Notes: a model not told the origin generated them from the letters alone. Shown: positions 33,590 through 43,775, counted from the first letter of the stretch. The stretch: 64,000 nt of DNA from Nitrospirota bacterium (GCA_963737155.1 CAVTRN010000002.1:1344001-1408000); one strand, 5' to 3'. Translations and numbers: made by a program.

Positions 33590-33847
33590 TTTCAGCAACG
33601 AGGGAACTGATGAGTTGAACATCGACCCGGTGAATACTTCCTGAGGGGCAGGCCAGTGAAGGCTAGTTCGAGCCATCTGAAACAGGGAGAGAAGGGCACA
33701 ATTATAGCGCGGGTTTCAACAGCCATGAAAAGCGGGCCAATCGAGAAAACAATCAATGTGTTGAGTAATGATCCGAAGAAACCAAAGGTGATCCTTACAC
33801 TGGAAGACTTGCTGCCGCCGGTAAAAGACAACAGTATTTTCCCTTGA
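33590..33847 (+). pseudogene. 3' part of the DUF1573 gene, with in-frame TGA (probable Sec) and a 1-nt deletion
   Basis: FSNEGTDELNIDPVNTS*G then KQGEKGTI...KTINVLSNDPKKPKVILTL. Confidence 0.75.
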
Positions 33848-33920
33848 TGCCGCCGATAAATCCGTGACAAGACGAATGTGTCCGCGGTTGCAGATGTGAC
33901 CCTGTAGAATCCACCAAATA

Positions 33921-35543
33921 TCATTCCCGCCATACAGTCGTTTCAATTTCCCGCAACAACCATTCAAATGTTTCCGGATGGATCGCCGAGCAAACGACCC
34001 CCTTGAACCGGGCCGCCATGAACTTGACCCAGAGGGGGTTAACGAGATCGGCTTTATTAAAGACGATCAGCCGTGGGATATGGTCCAGACCGATTTCAAT
34101 GAGGAGGTTGTTTACCGAGTCCATTTGCTGTTCGAACCGTGGATTGCTGATGTCAACCACGTGCAGAATCAGATCGGCATCCAGCATCTCTTCGAGCGTG
34201 GCTCGGAAAGCACCGAGCAGGTCTTTAGGGAGGTCTTTAATAAATCCAACCGTATCGGTGATAACAACTTCACGGTCTCTCGGGAAACGAAGCCTGCGCG
34301 TTGCAGTATCGAGCGTGGCGAAGAGCAGGTTTTCGGCCTTGACCTCAGATTTGGTGAGGGCGTTGAAGAGTGTGGACTTGCCTACATTCGTGTATCCAGC
34401 TATGGAAACAATGGGGATATTGCTTCTGACGCGCCGCTCCCGGCGCTGGTCACGGGCTTTCTCCAGGGCATCAAGCTGTTTCTCCAGTCTGCGTATCCTG
34501 TCTCGGGCGCGGCGCATATCGATTTCGAGCCTTGTTTCTCCCGGGCCCCTGCCGCCGATTCCACCGGTTAGGCGCGAGAGCGCTGTAGATCGCTCCGAAA
34601 GCCTTGGCAGTCGGTACTTGAGCATGGCGAGCTCGACCTGAACCTTACCGTCGCCGCTGTGGGCGCGCCGGGCGAATATATCAAGAATGAGCTGGGTCCG
34701 GTCGATGACGCGCATTTCGGTGATATCGCCGATCGCCCTGACTTGGGCTGGCGTCAGGTTCTGGTCGAATACGATTAGGTCTGATCCGATTTGCTGAGAG
34801 CGGATGATCAGTTCCTTGAGTTTGCCTTCGCCGAGCAGGAATCGTGGATTGATTTCATGAAGCCTCTGAATCACCGTATCCAGAACCGTGATCCCATCGG
34901 AGTGCGCCAGTTCCTTGAGCTCTTCGATGGACTCTTCCTGCTCGTGCTTACTCTTTTTTGACGCACTCACGAGGATGGCCTGTTCTTTTTGAACTACCTC
35001 GCGCGCGGTCTGAGCCCGCTCCATTTGTCGTTCAATGTCAGCAATGAATTCCACCGCATCGATGTTGAGCGTATGGATCGTCTGCGGAGGCAGGACTTCA
35101 TAGAGTTTTTCCTCGGGATTGGGAGGGATGAGGTATGCGATTGAAATGCTCCCCGGCAGGCCGTCCGGCTGGACGGCGAGAGCGGCTATCATGTCGAGCC
35201 TGAGAAGCGCCAAGTCAGTCATATCCTCCTGGTTCAAGGGCTGTCCCTTGAGATGGGTATGAATGAATCGAACGCCGCGGAGGCGTCTGCTTCCAAGCCG
35301 GTATTCGGTGAGATCGGGAATAAGGATGTCCTTATTCGATCCGACGATCACATTTTGAACGTTTCCGGACCGATCGATGATGAGGCCGATCTGCCTGCTG
35401 ATTTCAGCGGAGGCTTCGGATAGGGCGCGAGCGGCTTCGGGGGTGATGATAGCGTTGGGCGGCATTCTCCTGCGGTAAAGTCGCTCAAGTTTCTTGATTT
35501 CCGCGGGTTTGAGTCCCGTTGTGTTGCCGTGGATAGTGGGAAT
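33921..35543 (-). CDS. hflX: GTPase HflX, long form, probable ATT start
   Basis: GPGET.LE, GYTNVGKS, DTVG; N-terminal IHGNTTGLKP extension reachable only from ATT 35543, 5 nt after AAGGAGA. Confidence 0.93.
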   Translation of the reverse strand: MPTIHGNTTGLKPAEIKKLERLYRRRMPPNAIITPEAARALSEASAEISRQIGLIIDRSGNVQNVIVGSNKDILIPDLTEYRLGSRRLRGVRFIHTHLKGQPLNQEDMTDLALLRLDMIAALAVQPDGLPGSISIAYLIPPNPEEKLYEVLPPQTIHTLNIDAVEFIADIERQMERAQTAREVVQKEQAILVSASKKSKHEQEESIEELKELAHSDGITVLDTVIQRLHEINPRFLLGEGKLKELIIRSQQIGSDLIVFDQNLTPAQVRAIGDITEMRVIDRTQLILDIFARRAHSGDGKVQVELAMLKYRLPRLSERSTALSRLTGGIGGRGPGETRLEIDMRRARDRIRRLEKQLDALEKARDQRRERRVRSNIPIVSIAGYTNVGKSTLFNALTKSEVKAENLLFATLDTATRRLRFPRDREVVITDTVGFIKDLPKDLLGAFRATLEEMLDADLILHVVDISNPRFEQQMDSVNNLLIEIGLDHIPRLIVFNKADLVNPLWVKFMAARFKGVVCSAIHPETFEWLLREIETTVWRE

Positions 35544-35669
35544 AAAGGTCTCCTTGACCGAATTCCGCGTCTTTGCCTTTTAACCCAGGGGAGGCGCGGA
35601 GCAAAAAGATACAGCGCAGACTGGTTTATGCACTGTTATCATTGTACCATGATTTTTCGCAGAACGCCG

Positions 35670-36164
35670 CTACTTGACCAGATACACGATATCGTGTTCC
35701 CGTGCATGATCCTTTATCCCAATGCCAACGCTTTGGCCGGGCTCAGCCCGGTCGATGTGCTTGTGTTCGTACTCCATGGACTCAACGGACTGGGAAAAAT
35801 CGGTAGTGCGTCCTTTCAAGCGAATGGTATCTCCTACCGTGAGCGTTCCCTTGTTGATCTGGACAACAGCGACATTTAGATGGCTGTAATAATGCGTAAC
35901 CGTGCCGATGGCCTCCTCGGTTTCAATCGGTTCTTCTACAGACGGAATAATGCGTGTTGGCGGTCCCGGCTCCACCATGAGCGATTTGGAAGGTGTTGTT
36001 TCCATCTGGAGAGTCGTGGCTCTCGTCTTAAAAACCTTCTTTGTTGCAGCTTTCTTGGCAGAAAATGAATTTTTCTTCATGGCTTTTTTCTTAACTGCTT
36101 TTTTTACAGTTTTGCGGGAAAAAGCTTTTTTTGCTTTTTTCTTGGCCTTTTTACTTTTTGGCAT
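35670..36164 (-). CDS. Lys/Ala-rich N-terminus plus translation-factor-like beta-barrel domain
   Basis: AKK repeats, then IGTVTHYYSHLNVAVV...GDTI..KG.TTDF.Q.V.SM; RBS AGGAGG. Confidence 0.8.
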   Translation of the reverse strand: MPKSKKAKKKAKKAFSRKTVKKAVKKKAMKKNSFSAKKAATKKVFKTRATTLQMETTPSKSLMVEPGPPTRIIPSVEEPIETEEAIGTVTHYYSHLNVAVVQINKGTLTVGDTIRLKGRTTDFSQSVESMEYEHKHIDRAEPGQSVGIGIKDHAREHDIVYLVK

Positions 36165-36188
36165 AAGGCGCCTCCTTTGTTGTTTAAC

Positions 36189-36315
36189 TTGCAATTCCCG
36201 GTAGCTTGCTACAGGGTCACCGCATAGAGGGAAGAGTTTGAGAACCCGTAGGTTTCTTAAAAGATAATCGTCTTCCTTCGTATAGATATCTCGCAGTTTG
36301 CTGCGGGGAGGTTCA
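36189..36315 (+). mobile_element. Non-autonomous IS200/IS605-type mini-element (PATE-like)
   Basis: Left hairpin CCCGGTAGCTTGCTACAGGG; right hairpin CTCGCAGTTTGCTGCGGG then AGGTTCA; left boundary approximate. Confidence 0.6.
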
Positions 36316-37534
36316 TTGCCGGCGAGATTTTGAATGTAGGCTTCGTATTCACACACAAACTTATGTTCTTTGATGCGATATGATATATGAAGCATGGTAT
36401 CGATTCGCTTCGAAATGCTCTTCCTTCAATGGCTAAACTGGCAAAATATTAGCAAATAAGTCATAAAAAGCAAGCAAAATTCAACGTTAATCAAATATTA
36501 TTTACAAAACATTGCTTGCTTAAAGGGAATTAGATTAATATGAAATAATCTGTGCCTTTTAAATGGATTGTCTTTGGAGATATAGTTCAAGAGCTTAATT
36601 ATCTTTAACGTTGCTGCATTCTTCCCTGAGCTTCTCTCCGCGGTATCAAAAAGTCTCGTTGACAGTTTTCCCTTAGTAAAATTCGTGCTTTCAAACGCAC
36701 GTTGTTCCTCAATGGCACCAACTTTGAGCAGTATGAAAGGACATAATAGAGGAGTTCGTACTGATATCGGCGGTATCCGAAATCCCGCGTTTTCGGAAAC
36801 AAGGACTATGCGCTTAACGCCCGTTTTCCGCATTGAGATCAGTTTTTGGACTTTTCACTGATAACAGGTTCACGAACATCATGAAAAGCTCCGAGGTGAT
36901 CAGCACACTCTGACGAATGCTGCGGGAGGGAAAATCTAGCTCCCTGCTGTCGCTGTCTTCTTGAAGGCCGTGCATTTTATTTTCCGACCTTGTCCCTGTC
37001 ATGCATGCATACGGGTGTTTATTTGAAAGTTCTGTGATTCATCAGTGGTTTTCAATATGTGCGTAATTGCGTTGTAATCTTGAAGTGAATCAGGTGATTA
37101 ATTTGGTCTGACACAACCCAGCGAACCATCCGATCCACATTAACGGAGGCAAATAATAAAGTCCCATCGTGAAGCGTGGTCTCTTTCAGATCAGGCCATT
37201 CCCAGCGTTCTTTGCGTAGAGCTCCTGTCGGTCTGAAAGGTACGCAAGAAGGACTGGAAGGGTCCTTTTTCGTCCTGTTTCCATCTAACTTGAATCGACC
37301 GCATCTTCTCAAAAGTAAAGCGCATACGTGAAGAGGAGGAAGTACCGTCCCCTCTACGGTATAGTCCAGCTATCATCACCGATCTGTTCGTGTGAAGCAG
37401 GCGAAGAAGACAGTGTGAGGGCTAGGGAGATGACCAAAATCTCAAAGGTCCTCTGAACGAAGTCGGCTATTGCCTCCTGTTTCGGTGTTGACTGTACCAC
37501 AGGGATGGATTATGATGTGCGGCACATGCCTGCC

Positions 37535-38611
37535 ATGAAAATATTGATCGTAAAAATGTCCGCTATCGGTGATGTGGTGCAGACGCTGCCCGCCCTTGAG
37601 GCCCTCAAAAAAAACTTTCCGGACAGCGAAATAACCTGGGTTGTCGAAGAGGCAGCCTCGGGCATCCTTGAGGGGCATCCTCTGATAGACCGTTTGTACG
37701 TATCGAAACGAAAAAAGTGGTTTCGCATGCTCAAAAATCCGGTCACCGCCGCGGAGGGTTTTGAACAGATGATCCGCTTTGTCCGGGAGCTGCGAAGCAT
37801 CCGTTATGATATCGCCATAGATTTCCAGGGGCTTTTTAAGAGCGGGATTGTGATCGGTCTGGCGCAGTCTAGCCGCAAGATCGGTTTTGATCGAACCCGG
37901 GAGCTCTCCTTCGTCTTCCTGAACGAGAAGCTGCCTCCCTACGATGTTGAGAAACATGCCTTGGAGAGGTATCTTGATTTGGCCCGTTACCTTGGCGTAA
38001 AGGACCCTTCTCCCAGATGTTCGCTCCCGATCGATCGAGAATGTGAGGTCATCAAAAATAGGCTGGAACGAATCAGGGACCGGGGGCGCATGCTTGTCGT
38101 TGTGAACCCTGGGGCGCGCTGGGCGACAAAGCTCTGGCCGGAGAAGAATTTTGCGGAGTTGGCGGATCGCCTGATCCGGGAGAAAAACGCAGTAATCGTA
38201 TTTTCTGGAAGCGGCGAAGACCGGGCTGTGAATGACAGAATCCTGTCGATGATGAGGGAAAAGGCCGCGAACTGGGCGGGTGAGACCACGCTCAAGGAAC
38301 TAGCCGCTCTCGCGTTCCTTTCCGATCTCTTTATAACCACCGATACCGGTCCGATGCACCTCGCAGCGGCTGCCGGAGCCAGAGTCGTTGCGCTTTTCGG
38401 ACCGACAGCCCCATGGCGGACGGGCCCATACGGGCCGTCTCACATTGTCGTACGCACGGGCATCGACTGTTCTCCCTGTTTTCAGCGGCAGTGTGATATC
38501 AATATGGAATGCATGTCTGGGATATCCGTTGAAGAAGTCATGCGGAATATTTCCTCGCAAGCGGAGAGTCTACACAAAACAGAAAAAAGGGAACCTCCTC
38601 ACAACGGTTAA
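37535..38611 (+). CDS. LPS heptosyltransferase (GT9, WaaC/WaaF-like)
   Basis: KILIVKMSAIGD, DFQGLFKS, DTGPMHLAAA, LFGPT. Confidence 0.9.
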   Translation: MKILIVKMSAIGDVVQTLPALEALKKNFPDSEITWVVEEAASGILEGHPLIDRLYVSKRKKWFRMLKNPVTAAEGFEQMIRFVRELRSIRYDIAIDFQGLFKSGIVIGLAQSSRKIGFDRTRELSFVFLNEKLPPYDVEKHALERYLDLARYLGVKDPSPRCSLPIDRECEVIKNRLERIRDRGRMLVVVNPGARWATKLWPEKNFAELADRLIREKNAVIVFSGSGEDRAVNDRILSMMREKAANWAGETTLKELAALAFLSDLFITTDTGPMHLAAAAGARVVALFGPTAPWRTGPYGPSHIVVRTGIDCSPCFQRQCDINMECMSGISVEEVMRNISSQAESLHKTEKREPPHNG

Positions 38612-38651
38612 GCAGGGCTTCCTTTTTTTGTTTTCGGGGAGCAGACGCGTT

Positions 38652-39101
38652 TCAGCAGGCTGTCATCGCCGCGGTTTGTTCGATGTATTTCACGATCTGG
38701 GCCAGGGGAAGACGGCGTTCATCGAGAGCCCAGAAAAAGAAATCGTCAACGGATTTGAACGGGCCGTATGCAGCTCGGTGTGAGGCGAGAGCATCGGCCG
38801 CAGTTTTGTCGGTGATGATCTGGTTTGCATTCATGATCTGGTCTAGAATTGTCGGGAAACCGGTATACCAGGAACCATAACTTTTTCCCTTTATATTGCT
38901 TATGCGGTCTTTAAGCATGTTCAAGACTTGACGGTAGAGGCCGGCTTGATCATTCATAGTGTGCTGTGGGTCGATGATAAGGGAGTGCATGCCGATGGCC
39001 TGGGTCATCTCTGAATAGCGATGCTGTTTAAAAAGTTCGCCAAGGTACGTATTTAGATTTTCCTTTTTTTCGATACTTGAGACCATGACGAGTTCCGACA
39101 T
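38652..39101 (-). CDS. Hypothetical protein (149 aa)
   Basis: ORF with GGGAGGG RBS, convergent with the heptosyltransferase; no recognised motif. Confidence 0.65.
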   Translation of the reverse strand: MSELVMVSSIEKKENLNTYLGELFKQHRYSEMTQAIGMHSLIIDPQHTMNDQAGLYRQVLNMLKDRISNIKGKSYGSWYTGFPTILDQIMNANQIITDKTAADALASHRAAYGPFKSVDDFFFWALDERRLPLAQIVKYIEQTAAMTAC

Positions 39102-39189
39102 AGCAGAGAGCCCTCCCCAAAGGATGACGATTTCAAATGCTGATATGCGATCTTATATCATGTCGAGGTGGGAATCAAGATTTATTTAT

Positions 39190-39322
39190 AAAACCTGTCC
39201 TTGAATACACAGCAGTTCTACTGATGGGATAAAAAGAATAATTCTGACAAAGTCAGGATAAGAATTGATTGTTTTAGGTTCTAGCGGTTTTGATGCCTGC
39301 AGCTCTGCTGCGGGGCAATTCA
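39190..39322 (+). mobile_element. Non-autonomous IS200/IS605-type mini-element, homologue of 57075-57218
   Basis: Preceded by TTAT; aligns over its length with 57075-57218; ends GCAGCTCTGCTGCGGGGCAATTCA. Confidence 0.75.
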
Positions 39323-39471
39323 CTTAAAGAGCAGCGGCTGCGCTGTCATCTGTCATCCCCTGTCGTTTGCTGAAAACGTTCTGCCTTCCCACTAATAACA
39401 GTGTGAAAAACAAGAAGGGCAAATTATCTGGCTTGAAAATTCAACATAAATCGGGTAAAGTCGATAGTATT

Positions 39472-40683
39472 ATGTCTGGAATGAGTAAGTCGTCGCCCAC
39501 GTGGCGCAGGGGCCTTACTAAAAACGTTGTCATTCTGGGTTTTGTCAGCCTGCTGAACGACGGCGCATCGGAAATGATCTATCCGCTCCTGCCGATATTT
39601 CTCACTGCCGTGCTCGGTGCCGGTCCGGCAGTTATTGGGGTAATCGAAGGCATTGCCGAAGCGACCGCTTCACTGCTCAAACTCTACTCAGGATACCTCT
39701 CTGACCGGGTAAAGAAGCGGAAGGGCTGGATCGTCGCCGGTTATGCCATCTCTAATGCGATCAGGCCGCTTATTGCTTTTTCCACTTCATGGCTGCACGT
39801 GCTGGTGCTTCGATTTTTTGACCGCGTGGGTAAGGGCCTGCGTACATCCCCGCGCGACGCGATCATCGCCGACTCGACTCCTGGCGAGTACCGGGGCAAG
39901 GCCTATGGTTTTCATCGTGCCATGGACAACAGCGGCGCTATCGTCGGGCCTATTGCCGCTACAGCGCTGCTCTTGGTATTTCACGACAACATCAAAACGA
40001 TCTTTCTGCTTTCCTTCATCCCTGGCCTGCTTGCCGTGCTCCTACTTCTTTTCGGGCTCAGGGATAAGCAGCAGGAAACACCCCTTGCCGCCTCATCAAT
40101 ATTCAACTTCAGATCGGCTTGGGCCGAGATGTCGTCGGGCTTCCGCAAGTACCTGTGGATCCTCCTTCTGTTCGCGCTCGGGAACTCGAGTGATGCCTTT
40201 CTCCTGCTTCGGGCGCAGCAGCTCGGGGTGACGGTCACGCTCCTGCCAATGATCTGGGTTGTTCTGAACATCGTCAAGATGGGCCTATCTGTGCCGGGAG
40301 GAATACTCTCGGACCGCATTGGAAGAAAAAAAGTGATCGTAACAGGGTGGATCGTGTATGCCTTGGTGTATGCTGGATTCGGTGCGTCGACCCAATACTG
40401 GCATGCTTGGGCTCTATTCGCCGTGTACGGGATATACTTCGGCCTGACCGAGGGCGTCGAAAAAGCGCTGGTAGCCGATTTTGCGCCCGCACATTTACGC
40501 GGATCATCTTTCGGCCTCTATAACCTAGTCGTTGGTGTCGGGGCTTTACCGGCTTCGCTTCTCTTCGGTATCGTGTGGCAGAAATTCGGGTCAACAGCGG
40601 CTTTCAGCATGGGGGCAATCTTCGCTCTTGCGGCAAGCCTCATGCTGGCGATGCTGGCGGTAAAGAAATCCGTGGCATACTGA
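39472..40683 (+). CDS. MFS transporter
   Basis: GYLSDRVKKRK, DRVGKGLRTSPRDA, G.LSDRIGRK; about 12 TM. Confidence 0.93.
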   Translation: MSGMSKSSPTWRRGLTKNVVILGFVSLLNDGASEMIYPLLPIFLTAVLGAGPAVIGVIEGIAEATASLLKLYSGYLSDRVKKRKGWIVAGYAISNAIRPLIAFSTSWLHVLVLRFFDRVGKGLRTSPRDAIIADSTPGEYRGKAYGFHRAMDNSGAIVGPIAATALLLVFHDNIKTIFLLSFIPGLLAVLLLLFGLRDKQQETPLAASSIFNFRSAWAEMSSGFRKYLWILLLFALGNSSDAFLLLRAQQLGVTVTLLPMIWVVLNIVKMGLSVPGGILSDRIGRKKVIVTGWIVYALVYAGFGASTQYWHAWALFAVYGIYFGLTEGVEKALVADFAPAHLRGSSFGLYNLVVGVGALPASLLFGIVWQKFGSTAAFSMGAIFALAASLMLAMLAVKKSVAY

Positions 40684-40759
40684 AGCGCGTACAACCTGAT
40701 GGGATGATTTTTACTGTCCTGTTGGATCTTGAATAAAGATGGAAAGGTAGAGGTAAGGT

Positions 40760-41359
40760 ATGGCAACGTTTACGGTAGCGATCAGTGGCGCGAGTGGAGC
40801 GCCCTATGCTCTACGGCTGATTCAGACACTCGTCAAAGGCGGTCATTCGATCTATCTGTTGATTACGGGGGACGGGTTATCGATCCTGAATGACGAAACA
40901 GGTCTAAGGTTGAAAGGTTCAGAAACCGATATCCAATTTGCGCTCGAGAAACATCTCGAGGCAAAAGAAGGGCAAATAGCCTATTTCGACGAAGGCAATA
41001 TGTACGCGCCGATCGCGAGCGGTTCCGTCCAAATTAACGCTATGGTCGTGGTTCCCTGCTCCATGAAAACGCTTGCATCCCTGGCCAATGGTTTTGCATC
41101 AAACCTGATAGAGCGGGCCGCTGATGTGACGCTCAAAGAAAAAAGAAAACTGATTATCGTCCCGCGCGAGACGCCGCTATCGGCAATTCATCTCCGGAAT
41201 ATGCTGACGCTGGCGGAACTGGGTTGTCATATTATTCCCGCCATGCCCGCTTTCTACCATCACCCCAAGGGGGTTTCCGATCTTGTAGACTTTGTTGCGG
41301 GCAGGGTGCTTGACAGCATGGGAATCGAGAACGATTTGTCTCCGAGGTGGGGTACTTAG
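40760..41359 (+). CDS. ubiX: Flavin prenyltransferase UbiX
   Basis: ISGASGA, ASGS, PCSMKTL, RETP, PAFYH. Confidence 0.95.
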   Translation: MATFTVAISGASGAPYALRLIQTLVKGGHSIYLLITGDGLSILNDETGLRLKGSETDIQFALEKHLEAKEGQIAYFDEGNMYAPIASGSVQINAMVVVPCSMKTLASLANGFASNLIERAADVTLKEKRKLIIVPRETPLSAIHLRNMLTLAELGCHIIPAMPAFYHHPKGVSDLVDFVAGRVLDSMGIENDLSPRWGT

Positions 41360-41518
41360 TATCGTTCGCTTTGTAAAATGGAATTGCAGATTACGATTGC
41401 GGGATCTCACTGCGAGCTGCTTGGATTTCTTCCCAAGCTCGAAGAAAAATCTTGCTCGTTTTTGTCTCAAGAATATTTCTGTGTGCTCGTGAATTGTAGC
41501 TGAATAAATGTGTCTGCA

Positions 41519-41980
41519 TTAGGCGTTATATTCCGTTCCGCCGCTACCGCCCTCGCCGAAGTTTTTCATCCACGTATCAATCATTGTTGAATCCTGCTTT
41601 GCAATTACCTCCTCCTCAACAAACACCGGCGCTCCGATCCGTATTGCGATGGCAACGGCGTCGCTTGGTCGCGAATCGATGTGAAATTCCTTGTTGTTGT
41701 GGAGGAGATAGAGTGAGGCGTAAAACGTATTATCGATGAGATCGCTGATTACCACGCGGGCTATCTCGATCTCGAGCCGGTCAAAGATATTGACGATCAG
41801 GTCGTGGGTGTGGGGCCGATCGAGCTTGACGTTGCTCATGGCCATGGCAATGGAATTGCCTTCTGCAGCCCCGATCCAGATAGGGAGAATCTTTTTCCCG
41901 GTTTCATCCTTCAAAACGACGATATAGCTGTTGTTCTTGCTGTCGAAAAGGATGGTATTGACATTCATCTGGATCCACAT
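41519..41980 (-). CDS. Bifunctional nuclease family protein (DUF151)
   Basis: LPIWIG..E, RPHTHDL, DSRPSDA. Confidence 0.92.
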   Translation of the reverse strand: MWIQMNVNTILFDSKNNSYIVVLKDETGKKILPIWIGAAEGNSIAMAMSNVKLDRPHTHDLIVNIFDRLEIEIARVVISDLIDNTFYASLYLLHNNKEFHIDSRPSDAVAIAIRIGAPVFVEEEVIAKQDSTMIDTWMKNFGEGGSGGTEYNA

Positions 41981-42110
41981 TCTGGTTCTCCATATATAAA
42001 TTAAAAATACCACACCCCCGATGCCAAGTAAAGGGATTATTTTATTGACTTTTATTAAAGATACGATATACTTTCTTTTCCGTAAACTGCGAAGGAATTG
42101 CCGATTATCA

Positions 42111-43775
42111 ATGAAACAGACTCTGACTGAAATCTTGGTTCAGGCCCTAAACAGAGCCAGGGAAAAAGGCGAACTAAAACTCGAAACGCAGCCAAAAATC
42201 ACGCTGGATACCCCGCGAGAAAAAAATCATGGGGATCTTGCCACTACGGTCGCCATGGCCTTGGCCAAGTCCGAAACCAAGTCGCCCCGGAAGATCGCCG
42301 AAATCATCATCAGTAACATCCAGGATGAAGAAGGCCTCATTGAAAAGACTGAAATCGCAGGTCTGGGCTTCATCAATTTTATTCTGAAGCAAGATCTGTG
42401 GAAAAAGACGCTCTTTGAAATAGATACGGACGGAGGATCCTACGGCCTGGTGAATATCGGCAAAGGAGCAAAAGTCCTCGTCGAGTTTGTTAGCGCCAAC
42501 CCCACGGGACCGCTTCATGTAGGCCATGGACGCGGAGCGGCACTAGGAGACGCCTTGGCGAATCTTCTTGCTGCCGTCGGATATGATGTGAGCCGGGAAT
42601 TTTATATAAATGACGCAGGAAGACAAATTCGACTTCTTGCCTTGTCTGTCTATGCCCGCTACCAGCAGACACTCGGCAACGATTTCACGTTTCCCGAGGA
42701 TGGCTACCATGGCACATACATCGAGGAGATTGCTCAGGATTTTTGGAAGGTTCATGGCAATAAATTTTTGAACATTCCTTTCGAGGAATGTTCAGACTCG
42801 TTTGCGGACTACGGTAAGGAAACGATGCTTGCGGATATCCGTAGGGACCTTGAGACCTTCGGTGTCAGATTCGATACCTGGTTCAGCGAGGCGTCACTCC
42901 TTTCCGATGGATCAGTGCAGTCTTCCCTTGACGAACTGATGGAGAGCCGCAACCTTTACGAGCAGGACGGCGCACTCTGGCTCCGTTCCACTGCGTACGG
43001 AGACGACAAAGACCGGGTTGTGGTAAAGAAAGATAAAAGCTATACTTACTTGGCAACGGACATCGCCTACCACCGGAACAAGTTGGCACGCGGGTACACG
43101 ACACTGGTGAACATCTGGGGGGCCGATCATCATGGCTATATCCCGCGTGTTCAGGCCGTGATTCAAGCATTTGGCCATCCCAGGGATTCGCTCCAGGTAT
43201 TGCTGGTGCAGCTTGTGGCGATCCTTCGGCACGGGCAGCCGGTACCCATGTCCAAACGGGCGGGGACCTTTGTGACGCTCAGGGATGTTGTCCAGGATGT
43301 GGGCTGCGATGCCGCCCGGTACATTTTTCTTACACGACGCTCTGATAGTCATCTGGATTTCGACCTCAACCTCGCCAAGGAACAGTCCCGGGAAAATCCC
43401 GTGTATTATGTGCAATATGCCCATGCGCGGCTGGCAAGTATTTTTCGCGAGGCAGAGGTGAGAAATATCGCCGTACCGAGGAGTGAAGCTCTTGACCTGG
43501 TGTTGCTAGACCTTGATGAAGAGCATAATATCATCAAACTACTCGCCAAGTACCCCGAAGTGGTTGAGGAAGCGGCTCTGGCTTACGAGCCGCACAGGTT
43601 GACGTTCTACCTCCAGGATCTCGCCGGGTTGCTGCACAACTACTATTTTAAATACCGGATCATAAGTGACGACAGAGCCCGAACAGGCGCAAAATTGTTC
43701 CTCATGAAGCAGGTGAAGACAGTCATCCAGAGTGCCCTGAAAATTCTGGGAGTCAATGCTCCAGAGAGAATGTGA
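42111..43775 (+). CDS. argS: Arginine--tRNA ligase
   Basis: SANPTGPLHVGH, MSKRAG, YVQYAHAR, APERM. Confidence 0.97.
   Translation: MKQTLTEILVQALNRAREKGELKLETQPKITLDTPREKNHGDLATTVAMALAKSETKSPRKIAEIIISNIQDEEGLIEKTEIAGLGFINFILKQDLWKKTLFEIDTDGGSYGLVNIGKGAKVLVEFVSANPTGPLHVGHGRGAALGDALANLLAAVGYDVSREFYINDAGRQIRLLALSVYARYQQTLGNDFTFPEDGYHGTYIEEIAQDFWKVHGNKFLNIPFEECSDSFADYGKETMLADIRRDLETFGVRFDTWFSEASLLSDGSVQSSLDELMESRNLYEQDGALWLRSTAYGDDKDRVVVKKDKSYTYLATDIAYHRNKLARGYTTLVNIWGADHHGYIPRVQAVIQAFGHPRDSLQVLLVQLVAILRHGQPVPMSKRAGTFVTLRDVVQDVGCDAARYIFLTRRSDSHLDFDLNLAKEQSRENPVYYVQYAHARLASIFREAEVRNIAVPRSEALDLVLLDLDEEHNIIKLLAKYPEVVEEAALAYEPHRLTFYLQDLAGLLHNYYFKYRIISDDRARTGAKLFLMKQVKTVIQSALKILGVNAPERM

Noticed and set aside
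36165-36395. 77-aa N-terminal extension of the 35670-36395 ORF
   Set aside because: It reads through the mini-element; the AGGAGG RBS supports a start at 36164
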